The position numbers and the translations under genes were made by a program. Shown here in pieces: positions 21,235 to 31,847 of a stretch of 64,000 bases of DNA. Under the pieces are notes generated by a model, which saw only the letters and a list, made by a program, of their open reading frames with translations, did not search any database and was not told the DNA's origin. The stretch covers positions 43,962 to 107,961 of the forward strand of contig CAIQOK010000034.1 in the NCBI GenBank assembly GCA_903873415.1. The letters are read 5' to 3'. Positions within the stretch are counted from its first letter, which is position 1. Each line of letters begins with the position of its first letter. The DNA comes from an uncultured Verrucomicrobiota bacterium (GTDB lineage Bacteria; Verrucomicrobiota; Verrucomicrobiia; Limisphaerales; CAIQOK01).

Positions 21235-22215
21235 ATGCCTGCGGTCATTGTAATCGGTCTCTGGCATTGGGTCGGTTTCATCGCATGCGTGCTTGTCTTT
21301 CTGGCCTTAGACTTGGGGGTGCTTCACCGCCAAGCCCATGTTGTAAGGTTTCGTGAGGCTCTGACTTGGAGCATCGCTTGGTTCACCCTGGCGATGCTCT
21401 TTGCTTTAGCGCTCAAACCTCTGCGCGGGGGGGGCGAATCGATTGAATTTCTAACGGGATATTTCATCGAGCTTTCGCTCTCGATGGATAACGTCTTCGT
21501 CATCTCACTGATTTTCTCCTACTTCAAAATTCCCGGCCGGCTCCAGCACCGGGTTCTTTTTTGGGGTATCCTCGGCGCTTTGGTGATGCGCGGGACGCTC
21601 ATCGGGTTGGGGGTGGCCCTCATTGTGCGACTTCAATGGATTCTATATGCGCTGGGGGCGTTCCTCATTTATAGCGGGGCTAAAATGTGTTTCGCCGGGA
21701 CTGAGGTTGAACCCGCCAAAAATCCCATTCTTCGGCTTACCCGGAAATTATATCCTGTTTCCCCCGGCTTGGATGGACAGAAGTTCACCACCGTTTGGAA
21801 TGGTCGAAAGGCCCTGACACCCCTTGCCTTGGTATTGGTGCTGGTGGAAACCACCGACTTGATATTTGCGGCCGACTCCATTCCCGCCATTTTCGCTGTC
21901 ACCACGAAACCTTTCATCGTCTTCACCTCCAATGTGTTTGCCCTTCTGGGCCTGCGCTCACTTTATTTCGTGTTGGCCGGGGCCATCGGCTTGTTCCGTT
22001 TCCTCAAATACGGACTCTCCCTCGTTCTGGTCTTTGTTGGCGTGAAGATGCTAATTGACCCGCATGCCCGTCAACCGCTTTGGTTCCAGTACGACATACC
22101 GGATGGGGCCGCCCTTTCCGTGGTGCTCGGTATTATTTTGGTCTCGATCACCCTTTCCTTGATTCAATCCAGAAAAACTGCTGTGGACAAGCCTCCGTTC
22201 GGTGAGGGAGGATGA
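21235..22215 (+). CDS. TerC/Alx family membrane protein
   Basis: ELSLSMDNVFV, QHRVLFWGILGALVMRG, TDLIFAADSIPAIFAVT, FTSNVFALLGLRSLYF. Confidence 0.93.
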   Translation: MPAVIVIGLWHWVGFIACVLVFLALDLGVLHRQAHVVRFREALTWSIAWFTLAMLFALALKPLRGGGESIEFLTGYFIELSLSMDNVFVISLIFSYFKIPGRLQHRVLFWGILGALVMRGTLIGLGVALIVRLQWILYALGAFLIYSGAKMCFAGTEVEPAKNPILRLTRKLYPVSPGLDGQKFTTVWNGRKALTPLALVLVLVETTDLIFAADSIPAIFAVTTKPFIVFTSNVFALLGLRSLYFVLAGAIGLFRFLKYGLSLVLVFVGVKMLIDPHARQPLWFQYDIPDGAALSVVLGIILVSITLSLIQSRKTAVDKPPFGEGG

Positions 22216-22248
22216 ATTGCCGGAGGGGAGTCCTCCTGCGCCCAAGGT

Positions 22249-22890
22249 ATGCACCAACCACTTTCAGAAATGCTTTCCGCGATATTGTGCGAGGAAGTGG
22301 CGCCGCCCGGCCTCTCGCTCAACCGTCTGCTGCAGCGCACTCAGGCTCGTGGAAGCTACCTCTTCATCATCCTCCTGTGCCTGCCCTTTGTGGTTCCAGT
22401 TGCTCTGCCGGGCTTGAGCACGCTGATGGGCGGTATCATAGGCATACTCTCACTCCAGCTTGCCTTGGGGCAGTCGACCCGGCTGCCCTCTTTTTTAGGT
22501 GAGCGCGTGATTTCACCCGGCAGCGCCTCCAAGCTGCTTGGTGGCAGCATTCGATTCCTGCGGGTGCTCGAGAGGGTTATCAAGCCGCGGCGCACGGCCT
22601 GGCTGGGTTCAACTCCGGCCCGCACCCTCAACGCCCTCCTCATCGCCGCATTGGCCTGTCTCTTGGCTTTGCCCCTGCCATCGCCTCCGTTTTTTTTCTC
22701 CAACTCCCTCCCTGGCTACGCCATCATCCTCATCGCTGCCAGCATGATGGAGGAGGACGGCGTCTTGATCTGGGTCGGTTACGCCTGCGTCGTCGCCAAC
22801 CTTGTCTTCTTCGGACTTATCGCCGGATTGGTTCTCCATCTCCTTGCGCATGGCTGGCAGTCTGTTCTCAAATTGCTTTCCGGCTCATGA
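22249..22890 (+). CDS. ExoD family membrane protein
   Basis: RG...IILLCLPF..P...PG.ST, LPLP..PF.N.LP and EEDG motifs. Confidence 0.85.
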   Translation: MHQPLSEMLSAILCEEVAPPGLSLNRLLQRTQARGSYLFIILLCLPFVVPVALPGLSTLMGGIIGILSLQLALGQSTRLPSFLGERVISPGSASKLLGGSIRFLRVLERVIKPRRTAWLGSTPARTLNALLIAALACLLALPLPSPPFFFSNSLPGYAIILIAASMMEEDGVLIWVGYACVVANLVFFGLIAGLVLHLLAHGWQSVLKLLSGS

Positions 22891-24617
22891 AATACCGTTG
22901 GTCCCCAGCCCTTCCTCAACCGCTACCCGCAGGTCAACTGGTCCGAAAACTGGCGGTTTCCCCGCTGCTCGCCCAGTGCCTCATCAACCGCGGGCATTGC
23001 GATCCCGACCTCATAGCCGGCTTTCTCACCCCGCGGCTCAAACAGCTTGCTGATCCTTTTGCCCTGCCCAACATGGTGGCCGCCGTTGACCGCCTGTTTC
23101 AGGCCCGTGAACGCGGCGAATCCTTGGTTGTCTTCGGGGATTACGATGTGGATGGCGTAACATCCACCGCGTTGCTTTCCGAGGTCCTCGGTAGACTGGG
23201 GTGGGTTGTTAACAGCTATCTCCCGCATCGCCTCGATGAGGGATATGGACTGAGTCAAGATGGAGTGGAGAATTGTCTGAGGAAATTTCCCACCACACTT
23301 CTCCTTGCGGTGGACTGCGGTTCCACGGCCGTGGACTCCATCGATTGGCTCAAGCAACAGGGCGTGGACGTGATTGTTCTGGATCACCATCAGGTGTCGA
23401 GTCCCGCTCCGGCGGCTGCGGCCTTGGTCAACCCCCAACTCCTCAATTTTTCCAACGCGCGCAAGCCCGGTGCTTTCACCGAGTTGTGTTCCGCCGGTCT
23501 GGCTTTCAAACTTGCTCACGCCGTGGTCAAGCGCGGTCGCCAAACCGCGCTCCCCGGCGCGGCCGAGTTCGACCTCCGGCCCTGGCTCGATTTGGTGGCG
23601 CTGGGCACCATCGCCGATATCGTGCCGCTCACAGGTGAAAACCGTATCCTCGTTTCCGCCGGGCTGGAGCGATTGAATACCACTCAGCGGCCCGGTCTGT
23701 TGGCGTTGAAGGACGTGGCTCAAACTCAGTCCCCCATAGGCACCTATGAGGTTGGATTCCAGCTCGGGCCCCGGCTCAATGCTGCCGGTCGTCTGGAGAC
23801 CGCCGAGGAATCGCTGCAGTTGCTGCTGGCCACCCGTGAGGCCGAGGCCATGCCCCTTGCCCAAAAACTCGACGCCCGGAATCGCGAGCGTCAGAAGATC
23901 GAACGCACCATTGTCGATGAGGTTCTTGGAGCCATCCGCGCCAAATTCGATCCGGCAGCGGATTGGGTCATCGTGGAGGGACAGCTCCTCTGGCATGTCG
24001 GTGTCGTTGGGATTGTGGCATCCCGCGTTGTTCAGGAGTTCTACCGGCCCACCCTCATCATCGGCGGTGAAAATGGCGAGATGCGCGGATCGGGCCGCAG
24101 CATTGTTGGATTCGATCTCGCGGCAGCTCTTCGTGAGTGTGATGATCTTCTCATAAGGCATGGAGGTCATGCTATGGCCGCAGGCGTGAGCGTTGCGCCG
24201 GAGAAGATTGACGCCTTGCGCAAACGGCTCAATGACATTGCCCGCCGCTCCCTCAAGACTGCTGATCTGCTGCCCCCTCTGCGTTTGGATGCCGAGGTTG
24301 GTTTGGAGGAAATCAGCCTGGAAAGTCTGAAGGAACTGGACCGCCTCAAACCGACCGGGCAGGGGAATCCGGGAGTTCAGTTTTTCGCCCGGGCTCTCAC
24401 CCATCAGCGTCCGCTCCAGCGTATGGGGGCGGATCGTCAGCATGTGAAACTCTGGGTGACCGATGGCGTTGCCACCCATGAGGCGGTCTGGTGGAATGGG
24501 GGCGAAAAATCCCTGCCGGTGGGGAGATTCGATCTTGCCTTTGCTCCTGTGGTGAATGAATTCAACGGCCGAAGTTCGGTTCAGTTGAAGGTTCTCGACT
24601 GGCGCCCTGCTGCTTGA
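22887..24617 (+). CDS. recJ: ssDNA-specific exonuclease RecJ
   Basis: GDYDVDG, DCG, DHH, GTIAD, PRLNAAGRL, GGHAMAAG. Confidence 0.97.
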   Translation: MKYRWSPALPQPLPAGQLVRKLAVSPLLAQCLINRGHCDPDLIAGFLTPRLKQLADPFALPNMVAAVDRLFQARERGESLVVFGDYDVDGVTSTALLSEVLGRLGWVVNSYLPHRLDEGYGLSQDGVENCLRKFPTTLLLAVDCGSTAVDSIDWLKQQGVDVIVLDHHQVSSPAPAAAALVNPQLLNFSNARKPGAFTELCSAGLAFKLAHAVVKRGRQTALPGAAEFDLRPWLDLVALGTIADIVPLTGENRILVSAGLERLNTTQRPGLLALKDVAQTQSPIGTYEVGFQLGPRLNAAGRLETAEESLQLLLATREAEAMPLAQKLDARNRERQKIERTIVDEVLGAIRAKFDPAADWVIVEGQLLWHVGVVGIVASRVVQEFYRPTLIIGGENGEMRGSGRSIVGFDLAAALRECDDLLIRHGGHAMAAGVSVAPEKIDALRKRLNDIARRSLKTADLLPPLRLDAEVGLEEISLESLKELDRLKPTGQGNPGVQFFARALTHQRPLQRMGADRQHVKLWVTDGVATHEAVWWNGGEKSLPVGRFDLAFAPVVNEFNGRSSVQLKVLDWRPAA

Positions 24618-24696
24618 AACAAACAGGAGTTTCCCGGCCGCCATCACCTGCGCCTTTCGAGAGGCATGGAAACATCGCCCTCGCAGTTTTTGTTTT

Positions 24697-25407
24697 TCAA
24701 CTGATTAACAGCAGCCGCGGCGGTTGGCTTGGCAGCGTGTCCGGAGCGCGGTGGATGCAAGGAGGCACTGGACTTCCGGGATAGTCCACGGCGATGCGCC
24801 ACAGATTGCCCAAGCCGAAGGCAAAAGGCCTTGCTCCTGTCACAGGGGCGTAATGGAGATCGTAGCAGTTTTCATTCAGGTAGTTCCGGAAGCCCTCGCC
24901 ATCTTCACCTCCAAAGAGCTTGAGAAGCTGGGCGCGGGTCTCTGGAATATCCACACGCCGTCGCGCCTCGTCGTTCCGCAGGCCTTCACTTGCCGCTCCG
25001 TGGTAGGTGCAAAGATAGGTGTCGGCTTCAACCGTGGCGCTATCCGCGTGGAAGGAGAATACATCGGTCGGGACTGGGCCCGGCTCTTCGTCGCGAGGAT
25101 AGCCTTGGATGCAGTTCAGGACGGGGGCGAGATCGTGTTCCCGCAGCAACCGTAGGTCTGCGAGCATCATGTCGATGGCCACTTTGCCTGCATGATTCAT
25201 GGGGAGTGAGAGCAGTTGCGAATCCTCGAGTGTATGGATTCCTTCGATGCTGCCCAGATGCCGCACCACTTCGTGGAAATCTCCCGTCAATGCGCGCTGC
25301 CAGCAGAGCGCATTGATGCCGTCCCTGAAAGGGGTGGTGACAAGTTCAACGAAGCTTTGCACGTGCTTGATGCGGGTGTAGCCGGCTGGCAGGGAAAGAG
25401 GAATCAT
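24697..25407 (-). CDS. DUF1826-like protein with possible 2OG-Fe(II)-type ligands
   Basis: SFHADS...LCTYHG...CIHRAP...RLLLIS pattern; start uncertain. Confidence 0.6.
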   Translation of the reverse strand: MIPLSLPAGYTRIKHVQSFVELVTTPFRDGINALCWQRALTGDFHEVVRHLGSIEGIHTLEDSQLLSLPMNHAGKVAIDMMLADLRLLREHDLAPVLNCIQGYPRDEEPGPVPTDVFSFHADSATVEADTYLCTYHGAASEGLRNDEARRRVDIPETRAQLLKLFGGEDGEGFRNYLNENCYDLHYAPVTGARPFAFGLGNLWRIAVDYPGSPVPPCIHRAPDTLPSQPPRLLLIS

Positions 25408-25768
25408 ACGCGATACAAATTGACAAAGCCAGTCTTGGCCGGCCACGGATGGCAATTTGGAATGTAGCGATTCTGTCGGCCTGCGGCAACAACTTCGCCC
25501 GGATCCCGTTGGTCAGCGCCGGACATCACTGACAATGATGGATGCTCAGACCGGAGGGGTTGGCACTTCTGAGGTCGTGCGTTGCAGGAGCCATAAACCT
25601 TGTCAATTCGTGCTTTCAGTTGCCCGGGTGTCTGTGCTGCCGCATCGCCTCGGTTCGGGGCTTGGCCTTGCAACGGTGACATGTTTCCGACTCGCATTTC
25701 GGATCATGGTGATGGTGCCAAGGGCGGTTGCGATTTACGCGGGGCGGGCGGTTTGTTAGGGTGGAAAG

Positions 25769-26638
25769 ATGAACTGGAGAGAGAGTGGACAATTTTTGAC
25801 GCAGCCCCTTGTGACCTTGGGGAAGGCGACGGTGTCGCTGGCGAACTTGATTGAGTTTGTTGTCATCATCGCGCTTGTGCTCGCGGCTTCTAGGGTGACG
25901 AGGCAGGTGCTGCGTTATCGGGTGTTGCCGCGCACAAAACTGGAAGCCGGATTGCAGTATGCCATAGCGCGAATCGTAGGCTACGTGGTGTTGGTTTTCG
26001 GGTTTGTGATCGGGCTGGAGACGCTGGGGGTGGACTTGAGTTCGTTCAAGGTCGTCGCCGGGGCGCTGAGCCTGGGGATCGGGTTCGGGTTGCAGAATAT
26101 CGTCAACAACTTCATCAGCGGCCTGATCATTCTGGCGGAGCGGCCCATTCAAATGGGTGACCGGGTGGATTTGGGATCGGCTGTTGGCCGGATCACGCGG
26201 ATTGGGGCCCGGAGCACCTCCGTGCTTACCAACGACAACATCATCATCATTGTGCCCAACGCGGAATTTGTGTCGAACCGGGTTACGAACTGGACGTTGG
26301 TGGACTCGAAGGTGCGGTTTTCCATACCGATTGGCGTGGCATACGGAAGCGATGTGCGGGTGGTGGAGAGGTTGTTGCTGGAGGCGGCGGCGGCCAATCC
26401 GCATGTGCTGAAGGATCCGGTACCGTCGGCGAACCTGCAGGAGTTTGGCAACAGCGCAATCAATTTTCTTTTGCGCGTCTGGAGCTCCGATTTGGTTCAT
26501 TCGCCCGAGCGCCTTCGCAGCCAGTTGAACTTTGCCATCTGGGACAAGTTCAAGCAGGCGGGCATCGAAATCCCGTTCCCGCAGAGCGAACTGCATGTTA
26601 AGGAACCGATCCGAATCGAGCTGAAACGGGAGGCGTGA
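25769..26638 (+). CDS. Small-conductance mechanosensitive channel (MscS family)
   Basis: GIGFGLQNIVNNFISG, PIQMGDRV, VPN, GIEIPFPQ. Confidence 0.95.
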   Translation: MNWRESGQFLTQPLVTLGKATVSLANLIEFVVIIALVLAASRVTRQVLRYRVLPRTKLEAGLQYAIARIVGYVVLVFGFVIGLETLGVDLSSFKVVAGALSLGIGFGLQNIVNNFISGLIILAERPIQMGDRVDLGSAVGRITRIGARSTSVLTNDNIIIIVPNAEFVSNRVTNWTLVDSKVRFSIPIGVAYGSDVRVVERLLLEAAAANPHVLKDPVPSANLQEFGNSAINFLLRVWSSDLVHSPERLRSQLNFAIWDKFKQAGIEIPFPQSELHVKEPIRIELKREA

Positions 26639-26819
26639 CGCTCGCGCCAGCTCCTCCGCAACGAAGGCCCATATGATAAACCAAACAACGCGGACATGCT
26701 CCGTAACGGCGTTTTTTCCAGCCTTGCGGTCGTCTTCCGACATGCTCCGGTTCAGATGTTCAACCGCTATGCATTATCCTTCCAGCCGGAGTTTGTGCCG
26801 GTAGGACTCTTTCTATTTC

Positions 26820-28301
26820 ATGTCCATGCCTTCTGAGACTTTTTCCCGACTTTCGGGTTGGAATTTTGACAACTCCTACGCGCGCCTGCCGGAAATTTTC
26901 CACGCCCGGGTCAACCCCACTCCGGTCGCTGAACCGCGTCTCGTAATCCTCAACCGCTCCCTTGCCCGATCCCTCGGCTTGGACCCCGCCGCCCTTGAAG
27001 GCCCGGATGCAGCCACTTTTTTCTCGGGAAACAGGATTCTTCCCGGCGCCGAGCCGATCGCACAGGCTTATGCCGGACACCAATTCGGGAATCTTGCCCG
27101 CCTCGGCGACGGACGAGCCATTCTGTTGGGGGAACACCGGACGCCCTCCGGTGAGCGGTTCGACATTCAGTTGAAGGGTTCCGGTCCCACGCCCTATTCC
27201 CGCCGGGGTGATGGCCGCGCCGCTCTGGCTCCCATGCTGCGTGAATACCTGATCAGCGAGTCCATGCAGGCGCTCGGAATCCCCTCCACCCGCAGCCTCG
27301 CGGTGACAACGACCGGCGAGCCGGTCTTTCGCGAACAAATTCTTCCCGGCGCGATCCTGACCCGTGTTGCCTCCAGCCACATCCGGGTTGGCACCTTCGA
27401 ATACTTCGCCGCCCTGGGTGAGGTCAACGCGCTGCGACTTTTGGCCGATCACACGCTCAGGCGCCACTTCCCAGATCGGATGGAGTCCGATAACCCCGCG
27501 CTTGCACTTCTGGAGGAGGTGATGGAACGCCAGGCATCCCTCATGGCTCAATGGTTTCGGGTTGGATTCGTGCACGGCGTGATGAACACCGATAATATGG
27601 CGTTATCCGGCGAAACTCTTGACTATGGTCCCTGCGCATTCATCAATGCCTATGATCCGGCGACGGTGTTCAGTTCCATTGATCATCAGGGCCGTTATGC
27701 ATTCGGTCAGCAAGCCCGGATTGCCGCCTGGAATCTCGCCCGGCTTGCGGAAGCGTTGTTGCCTCTCCTACACAGGGAACCGGAGATCGCCTTAGACCTG
27801 GCCAACGGGGCGCTGGAATCCTTCCATACTCGTTTTCAGCGCTACTGGCTCGCCGCCCTGCGGGCCAAGCTGGGACTCTTCAATGCCGAAACGGAAGACG
27901 CTGATCTCGCCGACGAACTGCTCCGCGGCATGCATCAGGCCGGTGCCGACTATACTTGCTTTTTCCGGAACCTCTCCAAAAGCACTGACTCCAAGCTCGA
28001 CTCTCCCTTGGGCGGTGCATTCACAGAGTGGCGGGCGCGTTGGGCTCAGCGCCTGGTCCGGCAACCCCAGACATGGAGCGAATCCGTTCGCCTTATGAAC
28101 GAGAATAACCCTGCGGTGATTCCCCGGAATCATTTGGTCGAGGCGGCCTTGGACGCGGCCGTCAGCAGCAATGACCTTGCTCCCTTCGAGCGGATCCAGA
28201 CTGCTTTGTCCAAACCCTACGACGAGGCGGGTCAACCCGATGAATTGCGCAATCCGCCGCCACACGGGACTCCTGTTTGCCGCACCTTCTGTGGCACTTG
28301 A
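26820..28301 (+). CDS. selO: Protein adenylyltransferase SelO (YdiU)
   Basis: AYAGHQFG, LGDGRA, QLKGSG.TPYSR.GDGRA, HGVMNTDN, DYGP, C-terminal TFCGT. Confidence 0.95.
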   Translation: MSMPSETFSRLSGWNFDNSYARLPEIFHARVNPTPVAEPRLVILNRSLARSLGLDPAALEGPDAATFFSGNRILPGAEPIAQAYAGHQFGNLARLGDGRAILLGEHRTPSGERFDIQLKGSGPTPYSRRGDGRAALAPMLREYLISESMQALGIPSTRSLAVTTTGEPVFREQILPGAILTRVASSHIRVGTFEYFAALGEVNALRLLADHTLRRHFPDRMESDNPALALLEEVMERQASLMAQWFRVGFVHGVMNTDNMALSGETLDYGPCAFINAYDPATVFSSIDHQGRYAFGQQARIAAWNLARLAEALLPLLHREPEIALDLANGALESFHTRFQRYWLAALRAKLGLFNAETEDADLADELLRGMHQAGADYTCFFRNLSKSTDSKLDSPLGGAFTEWRARWAQRLVRQPQTWSESVRLMNENNPAVIPRNHLVEAALDAAVSSNDLAPFERIQTALSKPYDEAGQPDELRNPPPHGTPVCRTFCGT

Positions 28302-28578
28302 AAATCTGGGGCCAAACCAAAGCTACTCTCCGGTGGGCTTGTCCCGGCAGAGCTGCTCTCCTGGCAGATGTCTCTTCGAACGGCTCCCAACCCGGCGGCC
28401 AGCGGAGCTGGAACACTAGGCAGGAGCATTCTGAGAGCCTTTGACGCAGGCATTACCGTCGAAAACGTTGTTTGGCGCAGAGATGCCAAGAGATCCTTCG
28501 GGTCATCACCAAGGCGTTTCTGCCAGACACTTGGGGAACTGTTGCGCGTAGGCCGCGGCACGGTTACGATTTTCGTTC

Positions 28579-29292
28579 TTGAGCACAGAACAAAAAATTC
28601 GGACCGCAGCCATCATCGTTGCCGCCGGCAAGGGCACCCGAATGGGTCCCAATGTCGACAAGCTTTTCCTGGAACTCGCCGGCAAGCCCGTGGTTGTTCA
28701 TACCTGGCAAGTCTTCGCCGCTGCCCGCTGCGTGGATGAGATCATTATTGTCGTCCGGGACGGGATGCAGCCGGTCTTTGAAGGGTTGGCCAAACAGTTT
28801 CAGATCCGGAGCAATTTCCGGCTCGTCGTCGGTGGCAAGGAGCGTCAGGACTCGGTCTGGAACGGCTTGGAGGCCGTGTCTTCCGATGCGGGGTTCGTTG
28901 CCATTCAGGATGCCGCACGCCCCTGCACGAGCGAGGCTTTGATAGAGGCAACCCTGGCCGCTGCGCGTGAAACCGGCGCTGCCGTCGCCGCCCAGCCCGT
29001 CACCGATACCATCAAGGAATCTGCCGATGGCAAGCTGGTGGATCGCACGCTGGACCGGTCGAAACTGTGGGCGGTGCAAACCCCGCAGATCTTTCGTCTG
29101 GAAATCCTCCGGTGCGCCCTCTCCGAAGTCCGGCTGCGGAACCTGATGGTCACCGATGACACCGCTGCGTGCGAATTGATCGGTCAGCCGGTGCGGTTGG
29201 TGGCAAGCACCGATCCGAATCCGAAGGTGACCCGGGCCGAGGATTTGCCCTACATTGAAATGCTACTGCGGCGGGGCCCGGCCAGCCGCTGA
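28579..29292 (+). CDS. ispD: 2-C-methyl-D-erythritol 4-phosphate cytidylyltransferase
   Basis: AAGKGTRM, GGKERQDSV, DAARP, QTPQ, TDD, NPKVT; TTG start. Confidence 0.93.
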   Translation: MSTEQKIRTAAIIVAAGKGTRMGPNVDKLFLELAGKPVVVHTWQVFAAARCVDEIIIVVRDGMQPVFEGLAKQFQIRSNFRLVVGGKERQDSVWNGLEAVSSDAGFVAIQDAARPCTSEALIEATLAAARETGAAVAAQPVTDTIKESADGKLVDRTLDRSKLWAVQTPQIFRLEILRCALSEVRLRNLMVTDDTAACELIGQPVRLVASTDPNPKVTRAEDLPYIEMLLRRGPASR

Positions 29293-29387
29293 GCGGGTTT
29301 GTTTGCCGCGGCGGGTGGCGCCGGGTTGGCGCTCCTTGCAAAGACTTCTTCGGCCCCCTATTGTCAGGTGCAGTTGATTTGATTGTT

Positions 29388-30728
29388 ATGAAGCGACGTT
29401 TCATTTTCGGGCTGGTCACCGCCGTGCTGGCAGCCAATCTTTTTCTGGGGGCACGGACCTATTTGAGCAGCGCCGCCGCCGCCGAAAAGGATTCCGCCTA
29501 CCCCAATCTAAAGCTCTTCTCCGAGGTGATGGAAAAGGTCCGCGTCGATTATGTCGAAGGCAAGGATCTGACCTATCAGCAACTGGTCTATGGCGCCCTG
29601 AAGGGAATGATCAACACTTTGGATCCGCACAGTGAATTCATGGATGCGGAGAAGTTCAAGGAGCTCCAAAACGACACCGAGGGCCAGTTCGGCGGCCTGG
29701 GCATCATCATCGCCCACAAGGACAACTTCGTCACGGTGGTTGCGCCCATGGAGGATTCCCCCGGATTCAAGGCGGGGATTTTGTCTGGAGACCGCATCGT
29801 GAAGATTGGAGCCAAGAACTCCGCAAAGATGGGGTTGGAGGATGCTGTGAAATTACTCCGTGGCGAGCCCGGAACCGAAGTCAGCCTGACCATTGAGCGC
29901 CCATCCAGCGGGCTGGTGAAGGAATTCAAGTTGAAACGCGCCGTCATCAGCGTGGACATGGTCGTCGACATCAACGGCAAGAAGAAGTTTCCGCTCGGCG
30001 ACAACAAGATCGGCTATGTTCGGCTGGTACAGTTCGGCGAGAAGACCAGTGACGATCTGGAGACTGCCTTGAAAAAACTCAAAGGGCAGGGGATGCGGGC
30101 GCTCATTCTGGACCTGCGCTGGAATCCGGGCGGCTTGCTGGATCAGGCCGTGGAGGTGTGTGAAAAGTTTTTGCCGCGCGGACAGTTGGTGGTTTCCACC
30201 GAGGGTCGCAACTCCCGTCAGAATGCGGTCCATCGCGCCGCCGGGCACGGCGACGAACTGGTCAACGACGAGGGCGCCCCAATGCCCGTTGTCATTCTTG
30301 CCAACGGCATGAGTGCCAGCGCGGCGGAGATTGTTTCCGGCTGCCTTCAGGATCTGCATCGCGCTGTCGTTCTGGGTGAGAAAACCTTTGGCAAAGGGTC
30401 GGTGCAAAGCATCATCCCCCTGGAGGACGGTTCCGCGTTGCGTTTGACCACCGCCCGTTATTACACGCCCAGCCACAAGGTGATTCATGAGGCTGGCATC
30501 TCCCCGAACATCACCGTGGCGGTTTCCGAGGAGGAGGAGCGTGACATTCTGCTCAAGCGCTCGCCGGGCGGTTTGGAAACGCTCAATGAGAAGGATCGTG
30601 AGCGGGTGCAAAGCGCCCGCGACCCGCAATTGGAGCGGGCTGCGGACCTGCTCCAAGGCATGCTCATTTTCAGCGAACGCACCTCGGAAAAGCCGCCGGC
30701 CCGTGCCGGTAAAATGGCGGGCAAATGA
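29388..30728 (+). CDS. Carboxyl-terminal processing protease (S41, PDZ)
   Basis: LDPHS, PDZ domain, DLRWNPGG, SASAAEI, GEKTFGKGSVQ. Confidence 0.93.
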   Translation: MKRRFIFGLVTAVLAANLFLGARTYLSSAAAAEKDSAYPNLKLFSEVMEKVRVDYVEGKDLTYQQLVYGALKGMINTLDPHSEFMDAEKFKELQNDTEGQFGGLGIIIAHKDNFVTVVAPMEDSPGFKAGILSGDRIVKIGAKNSAKMGLEDAVKLLRGEPGTEVSLTIERPSSGLVKEFKLKRAVISVDMVVDINGKKKFPLGDNKIGYVRLVQFGEKTSDDLETALKKLKGQGMRALILDLRWNPGGLLDQAVEVCEKFLPRGQLVVSTEGRNSRQNAVHRAAGHGDELVNDEGAPMPVVILANGMSASAAEIVSGCLQDLHRAVVLGEKTFGKGSVQSIIPLEDGSALRLTTARYYTPSHKVIHEAGISPNITVAVSEEEERDILLKRSPGGLETLNEKDRERVQSARDPQLERAADLLQGMLIFSERTSEKPPARAGKMAGK

Positions 30729-30803
30729 TCGCTCCGCTCCGGTGTCTCAGACTATGAGCCCGGCCACCTGCCCTGGCTTTATTTTCCTTTCACACAACCG
30801 CTA

Positions 30804-31847
30804 ATGATCCTGCTTGCTTTTGAAACCTCCTGCGATGAAACCAGCGCAGCGGTGGTGCGTGACGGGAGGATTCTCTCCTCCGTGGTTTCGTCCCAGATCA
30901 AATTGCATGAGGAGTATGGCGGAGTGGTGCCCGAACTGGCCGCCCGCGAGCATTTGCGCAACCTCATGCCGGTTGTCCGGTCGGCTTTGCACCAGGCAGG
31001 ACTTGTCCCCGTGGAACTGGATGCTTTGGCCGCCACGCAAGGCCCCGGATTACCCAGTGCCCTCATGTCCGGTTTCAAGGCCGCCCAGGCAATGGCCTTT
31101 ATGCTGCGCAAACCTTTTGTGGGAATGCATCATCACGAGGCGCATCTTTATTCGCCCTGGATCGCGGGCAATCCGCCGGTGGCGGATTTCGGCGGCTTCC
31201 AGCCCAACGTCTCCCTCATCGTCAGCGGCGGTCACACAATGCTGGTTCATGTCTGCAGCGAGCTGAAGCACCGCGTGTTGGGGGGGACGCTCGACGACGC
31301 CGCCGGCGAATGCTTCGACAAATCAGGCAAGCTCATGGGCTTGCCCTATCCTGCAGGGCCGGTGATTGATCGCTTGGCGGGGCAGGGGAACCCCAAAGCC
31401 TTCGGGTTTCCCCGGCCCTTGGTTCACGATGTAAACGATGATTTCAGCTTCAGTGGCTTGAAAACCTCGATTCGCTATTTTCTTCGGGACAACCCTTCTT
31501 TGCTGGAGAACCCGGGGCACCTGCGGGATTTGTGTGCCAGTATACAGGCCTCCATTGTCGAGGTTCTGGTCGCTAAGACAATTAAAGCAGCCCGCCGCCT
31601 CAAGGTTCGATGCGTGACCGCATCGGGCGGGGTTTCTTGCAACCGCTCCTTGCGTCATGAATTGGCTGCGGCTTGCGCCCGCAACGGGCTTCTTCTGCGG
31701 CTGGCCGAGCCTGGGTTCTGTACGGACAATGCCGCCATGATAGGGATTCTGGCTGAGCGCAAATTACTTAAACACGCCGCCATGACAGCATGGGATGACG
31801 AAGTGCGTCCCAATTGGCCTCTTGATGAGGTCGCGCCGCACTTCTGA
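30804..31847 (+). CDS. tsaD: tRNA N6-adenosine threonylcarbamoyltransferase
   Basis: ETSCDET, GGVVPELA, HHEAH, VSGGHT, DDAAGE.FDK, FSFSGLKT, TDNAAMI. Confidence 0.97.
   Translation: MILLAFETSCDETSAAVVRDGRILSSVVSSQIKLHEEYGGVVPELAAREHLRNLMPVVRSALHQAGLVPVELDALAATQGPGLPSALMSGFKAAQAMAFMLRKPFVGMHHHEAHLYSPWIAGNPPVADFGGFQPNVSLIVSGGHTMLVHVCSELKHRVLGGTLDDAAGECFDKSGKLMGLPYPAGPVIDRLAGQGNPKAFGFPRPLVHDVNDDFSFSGLKTSIRYFLRDNPSLLENPGHLRDLCASIQASIVEVLVAKTIKAARRLKVRCVTASGGVSCNRSLRHELAAACARNGLLLRLAEPGFCTDNAAMIGILAERKLLKHAAMTAWDDEVRPNWPLDEVAPHF

Noticed and set aside
21427..21434. G8 run in terC as a phase-variation site
   Set aside because: The frame is intact and nothing in the sequence indicates switching.
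28290..28340. Possible selenocysteine read-through at the selO TGA
   Set aside because: The protein ends in the usual bacterial TFCGT with Cys already present; no convincing SECIS seen.
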